A stretch of 41,527 nt of DNA from an uncultured Bacillota bacterium (lineage in GTDB: Bacteria > Bacillota_I > Bacilli_A > RF39 > UBA660): assembly GCA_900313725.1 (NCBI GenBank), contig OMSK01000024.1:1-41527 (forward strand), written 5' to 3'. Shown in pieces: positions 18,895 through 26,719 of the stretch. A model generated the notes under the pieces. That model was not told the origin of the DNA. It saw nothing but the letters and a program-made list of their open reading frames with translations, and did no database searches. The translations under genes were made by a program, and so were the position numbers. Positions within the stretch are counted from its first letter, which is position 1. Every line of letters starts with the position of its first letter.

Positions 18895-18950
18895 ATAGAA
18901 GCATTAAATTACTATGACATGAATTTGTCATGGCGGAAGGAGATTAGAGT

Positions 18951-19172
18951 ATGAAAAAAGGAATACATCCAGAATATGTGGATACTAAAGTAACATGTAC
19001 TTGTGGTAATACTTTTACAGTAAAATCTAATAAAGAAGAACTACATGTTGAAACTTGTGACAAATGTCATCCATTCTATACTGGTGAACAAGGTGCTGTT
19101 TCTAAAACAGGAAGAGTTGAAATGTTCAATAAAAAATATGGATTTACAGATGATTCAAAAAAAGCAGCTTAA
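18951..19172 (+). CDS. rpmE: 50S ribosomal protein L31 (Zn-binding type A)
   Basis: MKKGIHPEY start, with CTCG and [10 protein letters not shown] cysteine pairs. Confidence 0.96.
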   Translation: MKKGIHPEYVDTKVTCTCGNTFTVKSNKEELHVETCDKCHPFYTGEQGAVSKTGRVEMFNKKYGFTDDSKKAA

Positions 19173-19188
19173 TTTAAGTTGTTTTTTT
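19165..19188 (+). terminator. intrinsic terminator after rpmE
   Basis: Stem CAGCTT/AAGTTG (one G-U pair) followed by T7. Confidence 0.55.
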
Positions 19189-19222
19189 GTTATATTTTTG
19201 GTACAATTAAAGTGGTGATTAT

Positions 19223-19660
19223 ATGAAAGTTGGAATAGCGAACGATCATAGGGGTTATAAATTAAAAAATGAATTAGTAAAATTTTTAGAAACAATTGGA
19301 TATGAAGTAGTTAATTATGGTTCTGATTCTGAAGATCCAGTTGATTATCCTGTATATGCTTTTAAATTAGGTGAAGCAGTTAGAGATAAGGAAGTAGATA
19401 AGGGTATTCTAATATGTAGAACAGGTATTGGAATGAGTATAGCTTGTAATAAAGTAAAAGGCGTAAGATGTGCTAAAGTTGATAGTGTAGAAGATGCTGC
19501 TTTAACAAGACTCGATAATGATAGTAATGTTATGGCTATTAGTTATGTAAAGGATTTAACAGAAATAAAAGAAATTGTAAAAACATTCTTAGAAATGAAA
19601 TTCAGTAATGAAGCACGTCATCAAAGAAGAATTGATTTAATAAATAAATATGACAATTAA
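19223..19660 (+). CDS. rpiB: ribose-5-phosphate isomerase B
   Basis: RpiB/LacAB family: GIANDHRGY N-terminus and CRTGIGMSIACNK active-site region. Confidence 0.93.
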   Translation: MKVGIANDHRGYKLKNELVKFLETIGYEVVNYGSDSEDPVDYPVYAFKLGEAVRDKEVDKGILICRTGIGMSIACNKVKGVRCAKVDSVEDAALTRLDNDSNVMAISYVKDLTEIKEIVKTFLEMKFSNEARHQRRIDLINKYDN

Positions 19661-19847
19661 AACAATTTTATATATAGTATTTTTACCAATTGTATTATGG
19701 GCATTAGATGCGGTTAATATTAATGCTATATTTAAGAAAAATAGATATTATCAAGCAAGATTATTTTATCTACTATTATCACTTATAATGACATATTTAC
19801 TTGTTAATTTTGTGATAGATTTTACAAATTATACAAAGTTTATTTAA
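19650..19847 (+). CDS. DUF1146-family small membrane protein (YwzB-like)
   Basis: 65 aa, 2 TM; the motif WAL.A.NI..IFKK.....ARL...L resembles B. subtilis YwzB. Overlaps rpiB by 11 nt. Confidence 0.75.
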   Translation: MTIKTILYIVFLPIVLWALDAVNINAIFKKNRYYQARLFYLLLSLIMTYLLVNFVIDFTNYTKFI

Positions 19848-19849
19848 TG

Positions 19850-19874
19850 CGACAAATTATTTGTCGTTTTTTTT
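19850..19874 (+). terminator. intrinsic terminator
   Basis: Stem CGACAAA/TTTGTCG followed by T8. Confidence 0.8.
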
Positions 19875-19920
19875 ATATAATTTATAAAATTATACAAAAT
19901 ATAATTATATGGGTGAATAT

Positions 19921-20829
19921 ATGAAAAAAATATTATTTGTAATACTATTAATAATTCTTATACCATATTTAATAGTTGATAATTTAATAAAAGATGAAGA
20001 AATTAAATTTAATTTAGTAACTAATAAAGTAGTAAAAATAAAAAGAGAAAGAACAAATACAATAGAAGAAATTCCATTTGAGGAATATATTGTTGGTGTT
20101 GTTGCGGGTGAAATGCCAGTATCATTTCCAGATGAAGCATTGAAAGCACAAGCAGTAGCGGCTCGTAGTTACGTTTCAAAACATATGAATAGTAATAAAG
20201 AATATGATGTGGTTGATTCAATAAATGATCAAGTATATTTAGATGAAAGTCATTTAAAAAATAAATGGGGTAAAGATTATACCAAAAATATTAATAAATT
20301 AAAAAGGGCAGTTTTAGATACAAAAGGAGAGGTAATTACATATAATGATGAAATTATAAATGCCTTTTTCTTTTCGACCAGCAATGGTAAAACAGAAAAT
20401 TGTGAAGAAGTTTTTTTTGAAAAACTACCATATTTAAAAAGTGTAAATTCAAAATGGGATATTAACGTATCACCTGTATATAATGATGAAAAAATAATGA
20501 GTTTAAAAGATTTTTATAGTAAATTAGGTTTACAATATAACGATAACTTACAAATAAGTGTAAAAGAATATACTCAAACAGGCAGTATTAAAAATATTGA
20601 AATAAATAACAAACTATTTAAGGGTACCGACGTAAGATTTAAATTAAATTTAAGATCAGCTTATTTTACAATAAAAAAAGTAAATGATAATGTCAAGATT
20701 ACTACTAAAGGATTTGGTCATGGAGTAGGAATGAGTCAGTATGGAGCAATGGCAATGGCAAATATGGGTTATAAATATGATGATATATTAAAATACTATT
20801 ACACAAATGTTGAAATAAAAAAAATATAG
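19921..20829 (+). CDS. spoIID: stage II sporulation protein D (lytic transglycosylase, SpoIID/LytB domain)
   Basis: Motifs VVAGEMP, EALKAQAVAARSY, FFSTSNGKTEN and GHGVGMSQYGA. ATG 19921 (MKKILF...) sits 4 nt after the GGGTGA SD, so it is preferred to the track's 19909. Confidence 0.92.
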   Translation: MKKILFVILLIILIPYLIVDNLIKDEEIKFNLVTNKVVKIKRERTNTIEEIPFEEYIVGVVAGEMPVSFPDEALKAQAVAARSYVSKHMNSNKEYDVVDSINDQVYLDESHLKNKWGKDYTKNINKLKRAVLDTKGEVITYNDEIINAFFFSTSNGKTENCEEVFFEKLPYLKSVNSKWDINVSPVYNDEKIMSLKDFYSKLGLQYNDNLQISVKEYTQTGSIKNIEINNKLFKGTDVRFKLNLRSAYFTIKKVNDNVKITTKGFGHGVGMSQYGAMAMANMGYKYDDILKYYYTNVEIKKI

Positions 20830-20874
20830 TATAAAAAAAATATATTTGTCCAAACTCTAAATAGAGGTGAAAAA

Positions 20875-21513
20875 ATGACAAATAGAAGAATAAAAAAATC
20901 AGTAGTATATGGAGCATATGTATTTGGTTTATTATTACTTATAGGGTTAATATATGTTACAGAAAGTATGGTATCATCTAAAAAGAATTTTAATAAACAG
21001 GAAAATAATTATGTTACCAAAACAATATTTGATGATGTTATCCCAGTTATAAAAGTAGAAGATAAATTAGTAAAACCATTTATGGCTGATGATGTTAAAG
21101 AATTAACAAAATATTATGAACATAAATCAGATGAAAAAAATCAACAAGAATCTATTATTAATTTTGAAAATACATATATGCAAAGTAGTGGTATATCATA
21201 TGGAAAAGACGCTATTTTTGATGTTGTTTCTGTATTACCAGGTACTATTGAGGAAATAAAGTCAGATGATATATTAGGTAAAGTTATTAAAGTAAAACAT
21301 GATGATAAATTATATAGTATATATTCATGTCTTGGTGAAACTACTATTAGTAAAGGAGATAGAGTTATAGCTGGACAAGTTATTGGACAAAGTGGAACAT
21401 GTAATATTAATAAAGATATAAAAAATCATGTATATTTCGAATTACAAGTTAATAATAATCTAGTTAATCCTAATAATTATTATGGTAAAACTTTAAATGA
21501 AATAAGGGGATAA
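20875..21513 (+). CDS. spoIIQ: SpoIIQ-like membrane-anchored degenerate LytM/M23 domain protein
   Basis: N-terminal TM, then an M23-like core (VKHDDKLYSIYSCL...GDRVIAGQVIGQSG...NHVYFEL). Its position between spoIID and spoIIID matches clostridial spoIIQ. The symbol is assigned from context. Confidence 0.68.
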   Translation: MTNRRIKKSVVYGAYVFGLLLLIGLIYVTESMVSSKKNFNKQENNYVTKTIFDDVIPVIKVEDKLVKPFMADDVKELTKYYEHKSDEKNQQESIINFENTYMQSSGISYGKDAIFDVVSVLPGTIEEIKSDDILGKVIKVKHDDKLYSIYSCLGETTISKGDRVIAGQVIGQSGTCNINKDIKNHVYFELQVNNNLVNPNNYYGKTLNEIRG

Positions 21514-21523
21514 CCCCTTTTTT
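21503..21523 (+). terminator. intrinsic terminator
   Basis: Stem AAGGGG/CCCCTT with loop ATAA, then T-run; overlaps the stop. Confidence 0.7.
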
Positions 21524-21568
21524 TAATATTTTAAAAAAACATTTATATAATTTATTAGAGGTGTATAA

Positions 21569-21811
21569 ATGAATATAAAAAAAAGAATAATAGATGAAAC
21601 GCAAATTATTTTAAAAAATGGATATACTATAAGAGAAATAGCTAATCTTTTTAATGTATCAAAAAGTACTGTACATAAAGATTTGCGTGATAGATTAAAA
21701 TATATAGATAAAGATAAATATATATTAGTTGATGAAATATTAAAATATCATACAAAAATAAGACATATAAGGGGAGGATTATCAACAAAACTTAAATATA
21801 GTAAGGAATGA
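21569..21811 (+). CDS. spoIIID: sporulation transcriptional regulator SpoIIID
   Basis: 80 aa with an HTH (TIREIANLFNVSKSTVHKDL) and a basic C-terminal region (IRHIRGG). Confidence 0.92.
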   Translation: MNIKKRIIDETQIILKNGYTIREIANLFNVSKSTVHKDLRDRLKYIDKDKYILVDEILKYHTKIRHIRGGLSTKLKYSKE

Positions 21812-21815
21812 TAAA

Positions 21816-22805
21816 ATGTTTTCAAAAGATATAGGAATAGATTTAGGAACTGCTAATGTTTTAGTTTATATTAAAGGTGAAGGAATAGTTTTAAATGAAC
21901 CAAGTGTTGTTGCAATAGACTCAGAAACAAAAAAAACTTTAGCCGTTGGAACAAAGGCTCATGAAATGTTGGGAAGAACACCTGGCGAAGTTAAAGCAAT
22001 AAGACCTTTAAAAGATGGTGTAATAGCTGATTTTGATGCAACTGAGATAATGTTAAATCATTTTATAAAAGAGGTTAATGGAAAAAGATTATTTTCTAGA
22101 CCTAGAATTTTAATCTGTTGTCCTTCTAATATTACTCAAGTTGAAAAAAATGCTATTAAGGAAGCAGCTGAAAGAACTGGCGCAAAAAAAGTATTTTTAG
22201 AGGAAGAACCTAAAGTAGCTGCTGTTGGTGCAGGACTTGATATATCAAAACCCAATGGAAGTATGGTAATTGATATAGGTGGTGGTACCACTGATATAGC
22301 TATTCTTTCACTGGGTGGAATAGTTACAAGTGCATCTATTAAAGTAGCCGGTGATACTTTTGATAATGATATTCAAAAATACATAAAAGATAAGTATAAA
22401 TTATTAATAGGAGATAGAACCGCAGAAGAAATAAAATTTAGAATAGGTTCAGTTTATCCAAATGTCAGAAAAGAAAAAATGAATGTAAGAGGAAGAAATT
22501 TAATAAATGGATTACCTTATACTGTTACTATCTCATCAATGGAGGTAGAAGAAGCTTTAAGAAAAAGTGCAAATACAATTGTTAATAAAGTTAAAAATGT
22601 ATTAGAACAAACACCTCCTGAGTTGGCAGCAGATATTATTAATAAAGGAATTGTATTAACAGGCGGTGGAGCTTTAATGGTAGGACTTGATAGATTACTT
22701 GCTAATGAATTAAAAGTTCCTGTTATTATAGCTTCTTCTCCACTTACTTGTGTGGTAGAAGGTACAGGTGTATTATTAGATAATATTAATTTAATTGATA
22801 GATAG
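21816..22805 (+). CDS. mreB: rod-shape-determining actin homologue MreB/Mbl
   Basis: DLGTANVLVY phosphate-1 motif, IDIGGGTTDIA, and GIVLTGGGAL adenosine motif. It follows spoIIID, as mbl does in B. subtilis. Confidence 0.95.
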   Translation: MFSKDIGIDLGTANVLVYIKGEGIVLNEPSVVAIDSETKKTLAVGTKAHEMLGRTPGEVKAIRPLKDGVIADFDATEIMLNHFIKEVNGKRLFSRPRILICCPSNITQVEKNAIKEAAERTGAKKVFLEEEPKVAAVGAGLDISKPNGSMVIDIGGGTTDIAILSLGGIVTSASIKVAGDTFDNDIQKYIKDKYKLLIGDRTAEEIKFRIGSVYPNVRKEKMNVRGRNLINGLPYTVTISSMEVEEALRKSANTIVNKVKNVLEQTPPELAADIINKGIVLTGGGALMVGLDRLLANELKVPVIIASSPLTCVVEGTGVLLDNINLIDR

Positions 22806-22831
22806 ACTTTAAAATAATTATTTGGTATAAT
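22803..22831 (+). promoter_or_regulatory. putative sigma-A promoter of tagO
   Basis: -35 TAGACT (22803-22808), 17-nt spacer, extended -10 TGG-TATAAT (22823-22831). Confidence 0.5.
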
Positions 22832-22846
22832 TTAATTGGTGGTAGT

Positions 22847-23911
22847 ATGACACAGGAATTAATATTAAGAATAGTAGGAATGTTATTAATTACGTTTACA
22901 TCATCAATTTTATTAATACCTTTTATGAAGAGCGTAGCATTTAAAGTAAATGCAGTTGATATTCCTGGAGGAAGACATATTCATAAAAAGATTACTCCTA
23001 AACTAGGTGGAGTAGCAATATTCTTTTCCTTTTTATTAGGATATATATTATTTGGAACTCATAGTAGTATTATGAATGCTGTTCTAATTGGAAGTTTTAT
23101 TATAATATTACTTGGAATATTTGATGATATTGTTGAATTGGGACCACTTGCTCAATTTATTGGTCAATTAATAGCATCATTAATAGTAGTATGTTATGGT
23201 GGATTATTAATTAAAAGTTTAGATATAGCAGCATTTCATATTTTTATTCATTTTGGTTGGCTTTCTTATCCACTAACAGTATTCTTCATATTAGGATGTA
23301 TAAATTGTATTAATTTGATAGATGGATTAGATGGTTTATCAGGTGGAATATGTTCAATATATTATTTAACTGTCGGTATAATTGCTATTATACAAGGTAA
23401 AACAGGATTAGATTTTGTATTAGCATTTACAATGTTAGGATCAACAATAGGATTTTTAGTATATAATTTTAATCCAGCTTCTATATTTGCAGGAGATGCT
23501 GGATCTAATTTTATGGGATTTATGGTAGCTGTAATTGCTTTATTAGGATTTAAAAATGTAACAATGACTTCTTTTATAATTCCACTAGTTATAATTGCTA
23601 TTCCAATATTAGATACCTTATTTGCTATTATTAGAAGATTTTTAAAACATGAACCATTATTTAAAGGTGATAAATATCATATTCATCATCAATTATTAAA
23701 TAGAAATTTTTCAGTTAAACAAACAGTATTTATAATATATATAATTGATTTATTATTTGCGTTTGCATCAATATTATACATTTTACAAGATGGTATGATT
23801 GTATATTTAGTATATGGTATATTATTACTAATAGTATTAATTGTAATTTTAAAAACCAATATCGTATTTGATAGAGAATATATTAAAAATAAAAAACAAC
23901 AAAAAAAATAG
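22847..23911 (+). CDS. tagO: UDP-GlcNAc:undecaprenyl-phosphate GlcNAc-1-phosphate transferase (MraY/WecA/TagO family)
   Basis: Polytopic 354-aa protein with DD motif (FDDIVEL), NLIDGLDGL and NPASIFAGDAGS motifs. Confidence 0.87.
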   Translation: MTQELILRIVGMLLITFTSSILLIPFMKSVAFKVNAVDIPGGRHIHKKITPKLGGVAIFFSFLLGYILFGTHSSIMNAVLIGSFIIILLGIFDDIVELGPLAQFIGQLIASLIVVCYGGLLIKSLDIAAFHIFIHFGWLSYPLTVFFILGCINCINLIDGLDGLSGGICSIYYLTVGIIAIIQGKTGLDFVLAFTMLGSTIGFLVYNFNPASIFAGDAGSNFMGFMVAVIALLGFKNVTMTSFIIPLVIIAIPILDTLFAIIRRFLKHEPLFKGDKYHIHHQLLNRNFSVKQTVFIIYIIDLLFAFASILYILQDGMIVYLVYGILLLIVLIVILKTNIVFDREYIKNKKQQKK

Positions 23912-23930
23912 TTATTTAAACTATTTTTTA
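23901..23930. terminator. bidirectional terminator between the convergent tagO and 23928..25031
   Basis: Stem AAAATAGTT/AACTATTTT flanked by an A-run on one side and a T-run on the other. Confidence 0.7.
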
Positions 23931-25031
23931 TTTTATAATATATGGTTTTTCATATGTTCCATTACCTTCACTACATAGTGCATCAGGTGAAATGTTAATT
24001 ACCATTCTTGGTTGTGCATATGAATTTGCATTTGAAGACCTTGCTGTTCCACTGACTCTGTATACTTTGTATGTATTTGTTGAGTCAGGAGTTATAGTCC
24101 AAAATGAATTAAAATTAGCAAGGTAATTATAATTTATACATTGAATATCACTTATATTTCTACAATTCTCATCTAATGAAACAATTGGATATTCATTTAC
24201 TTGAAGTAATCCAATAGGATATTTTTCTGTTTTTTTAGAACATTCTATTGAACCATCATTAAGAGAGAATAATTCATTTCTAGCCCCAATACATAATTCT
24301 GTTGGAACAATTAATGCTTTATCTTCTGAGGAAAAATACTTAAGATCTGAATCTGTAAAGTAATCATTTAATACTTGTTTTATTCTACTTATTTCATAGT
24401 CATTTTTTCCCACACTATCATTTTTTGTATCATTATATCTATCGTCCCATACTACTGAATCAATTTTATCAGCTAATATTAAACGAACTGTATTATCTTC
24501 ATTAATTCTAAGTATTCTCCACATTTTACCAGCAAATTTTACATAGTTATTAACTTGTTCACCTCTAAATAAATAATAATTATTTATTTTATATAAACCA
24601 TCACGTTCTTGTCTATTTTTATTATTTTCTAAAATCTTTTTGTATAATACGTTTGTTGAATATCCATCACTACATTCTATAACTGGTTGATATAAATAGT
24701 AACCGTTATTATTACTAACATTTACTCCACCTTCACATGTGATACCCTTTTTTAGTAATTTATTTGGATCTTTTAGATAACCTGCATCTACTAAATCATC
24801 AATTGATATGGAAGTTTTATCACCATTGGTTTTAGGTATTTTTTTGTCGTATTTTTTATAATAATCTTTTGCGGCAGTTTCCAATTTTTTTTCAAAAGTT
24901 TTAGTGTTAATTCTAGTACCAACTGCTGATTTTAAAACAATAAGTAATATTATTAAAAATATAATACTTCCAATTGCTATTCCTAGGTATATTGCCATTT
25001 TTCTATCTATTTTTTTTAAAAAGTTAATCAT
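23928..25031 (-). CDS. hypothetical membrane-anchored extracellular protein (367 aa)
   Basis: The minus strand reads TTGTTATAAT...GGAGGAATAAT-ATG, which favours the start at 25031 (MINFLKKIDRK...) over the track's 25082. One N-terminal TM (IYLGIAIGSIIFLIILLIVL) is followed by a Cys-containing soluble region. Confidence 0.7.
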   Translation of the reverse strand: MINFLKKIDRKMAIYLGIAIGSIIFLIILLIVLKSAVGTRINTKTFEKKLETAAKDYYKKYDKKIPKTNGDKTSISIDDLVDAGYLKDPNKLLKKGITCEGGVNVSNNNGYYLYQPVIECSDGYSTNVLYKKILENNKNRQERDGLYKINNYYLFRGEQVNNYVKFAGKMWRILRINEDNTVRLILADKIDSVVWDDRYNDTKNDSVGKNDYEISRIKQVLNDYFTDSDLKYFSSEDKALIVPTELCIGARNELFSLNDGSIECSKKTEKYPIGLLQVNEYPIVSLDENCRNISDIQCINYNYLANFNSFWTITPDSTNTYKVYRVSGTARSSNANSYAQPRMVINISPDALCSEGNGTYEKPYIIK

Positions 25032-25133
25032 ATTATTCCTCCAATTCAAAAACATTATAACAAATTTTAATGATTTATTCAATTATTTTCATATATTAAG
25101 TGTTATTGAATATATTTTACTGGTGATTTATAA

Positions 25134-25916
25134 ATGCTGATACTAAAAGGTTTTATTATTGGACTAGCTAAAATTATTCCAGGAGTAAGTGGTAGCTTGG
25201 TAGCATTAAATTTAGGATTATATGAAAAAGGAATAAAAGCCATAAGTAATTATTTTGAAAATATAAAAGAAAACACAATTTTTATATTTAAAATAGGAAT
25301 AGGGATAATAAGCGCTATTATTTTAGGAAGTAAAATAATTTATTTTTTCTTAAATAATTGGCCATTTTTAACCATGATAATGTTTATAGGATTACTGCTA
25401 GGATCAACACATTCTATAAAAAAAATAAATACAAAAAGAGAATATTTTTATATAATTAGTTCCTTTTTATTAATGCTTTTTCTTTTTACTATAAAAACAA
25501 ATGTTAAATATATATATAAAGATACTTTTATTGATAATTTGTATGTAATGTTATTGGGATTTATAGATGCATCTACAATGATTATACCTGCTATAAGTGG
25601 AACAGTAATATTTATATTATTAGGTAGTTATGATTTTATTTTAATCATGTATTCAAATTGTTTTAATAATATTAAAGTATTTTCATTATTTTCCATTGGT
25701 TTATTAATAGGTATTTTTATTGTTTCAAAAGCAATAAATTATTTGTTAGAAAAAAAGAAAACATTTATTTATTCAATTATAAATGGCTTTTTTTTATCAT
25801 CGATGTTTTATCTTGTTATAGAAACAATTAAATTAAATTATACATTTATTGATATTCTGTTTTCTATACCATTAATATTTCTTTCATATAAAATTGGATC
25901 ATTAAGCAAAAAATAA
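25134..25916 (+). CDS. DUF368-family membrane protein (PopT-type polyprenyl-phosphate transporter family)
   Basis: GFIIGLAKIIPGVSGS N-terminal motif, repeated internally (IIPAISGTVIFILLG); about 8 TM, 260 aa. Confidence 0.86.
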   Translation: MLILKGFIIGLAKIIPGVSGSLVALNLGLYEKGIKAISNYFENIKENTIFIFKIGIGIISAIILGSKIIYFFLNNWPFLTMIMFIGLLLGSTHSIKKINTKREYFYIISSFLLMLFLFTIKTNVKYIYKDTFIDNLYVMLLGFIDASTMIIPAISGTVIFILLGSYDFILIMYSNCFNNIKVFSLFSIGLLIGIFIVSKAINYLLEKKKTFIYSIINGFFLSSMFYLVIETIKLNYTFIDILFSIPLIFLSYKIGSLSKK

Positions 25917-25950
25917 ATAATTAATCATATAATTAATTAGAGGTGATTTA

Positions 25951-26250
25951 GTGAATAAAAAACTACCAAAAGTATTTGCTAATAAAATAGAAAAAATAAA
26001 CAAAACAAATGAAGTATATAATGTATCAAAAAATGAAGAAGAAATTGTTAAAAATAATAAAAACATATATCAAAAAATAAATGATATTTTTTCATCATAT
26101 AGGTATGTATATAAAGCAGATGTTATAATAACAACCAATAAGGGTGAATTTACTAAAAGAATAATTGGAAAAAAAGGAGATAATTTAATAACATTTGACA
26201 ACGAATTAATAAATATATCAAATATTATAGATATTAAATACAAAGAATAA
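25951..26250 (+). CDS. hypothetical protein (99 aa, GTG start)
   Basis: AGAGGTGAT SD at 25939-25947 with GTG at 25951. There is no internal Met and no family was recognised. Confidence 0.5.
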   Translation: MNKKLPKVFANKIEKINKTNEVYNVSKNEEEIVKNNKNIYQKINDIFSSYRYVYKADVIITTNKGEFTKRIIGKKGDNLITFDNELINISNIIDIKYKE

Positions 26251-26276
26251 AAAAGCTTATAAAAAGCTTTTTTTAA
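26248..26276. terminator. bidirectional terminator between convergent genes
   Basis: Stem AAAAAGCTT/AAGCTTTTT with flanking A and T runs; it overlaps both stop codons. Confidence 0.75.
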
Positions 26277-26695
26277 ATACATTCTACATATGTATCATTT
26301 AAACATCTAAGTAGACAACAACAGTTTAAATTTAATGTAAAAAATGAATTAGTAGTTACGTATGGAATAGTAGCTACTTCAGTTTCATCTGGATTTGGTG
26401 CTAAAACTCTAAATGTAGCACAACATCCATCAATTTTTTCTACCCTGAATGCAGAAGATGTAGTTGTTTCATCTGGATTTTTACTAATTGGCATACTTAA
26501 TGGTACTCCATTATTTCCACATAAATATAACATGATTGGTCTTGTATTAGCTGTTAATGTAGTTCCTGCACTACCCAAAAATCCTCTATCACAAGTATCT
26601 AAGCAACATTCACCACAACAACTTGCATTTTGTTGTAATACACTTATAACAGTTAATATTTCAGCAAGACATTTACAATCTTTATCATTACACAT
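26273..26695 (-). CDS. CotY/CotZ/ExsY-family cysteine-rich spore coat/exosporium protein
   Basis: 140 aa with 16 Cys. The central FRVEKIDGCCATFRVL and C-terminal LNCCCLLRCLNDT align by eye with B. subtilis CotY/CotZ (FFRVEK..DCCATLSIL, DLGCFCAIQCL). The GAAGGAG SD is 8 nt upstream of ATG 26695, whereas the track's GTG 26704 overlaps the SD. Confidence 0.8.
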   Translation of the reverse strand: MCNDKDCKCLAEILTVISVLQQNASCCGECCLDTCDRGFLGSAGTTLTANTRPIMLYLCGNNGVPLSMPISKNPDETTTSSAFRVEKIDGCCATFRVLAPNPDETEVATIPYVTTNSFFTLNLNCCCLLRCLNDTYVECI

Positions 26696-26719
26696 ATAAT
26701 CCACTCCTTCTATTCAATA

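Noticed and set aside
19875-19920. Sigma-E-type promoter upstream of spoIID (ATACAAAAT resembling CATACA-T).
   Set aside because: Only a partial -10 match, with no convincing -35 at the right spacing. In this AT-rich context the match is not distinguishable from chance.
20021-20917. Minus-strand ORFs 20021..20221 and 20705..20917.
   Set aside because: They are antisense to spoIID and to the spoIIQ-like start; they have L/F/Y-rich shadow composition and no SD.
11610-25017. A8/T8 homopolymer tracts in coding regions (for example 11613-11634, about 21580, 24885-24894 and 25010-25017) as phase-variation switches.
   Set aside because: Tracts of 7-8 A/T encoding Lys/Phe runs are expected at this base composition and occur in housekeeping genes too. 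None is unusually long, and none is specifically associated with the surface-protein genes.
24904-25140. 78-aa plus-strand ORF overlapping the 5' end of the minus-strand gene and the divergent promoter region.
   Set aside because: It lies opposite the well-signalled start (GGAGG-ATG) of 23928..25031, has no SD of its own, and runs into the DUF368 start.
26070-26282. 70-aa minus-strand ORF.
   Set aside because: It is antisense to 25951..26250 and spans the bidirectional terminator.
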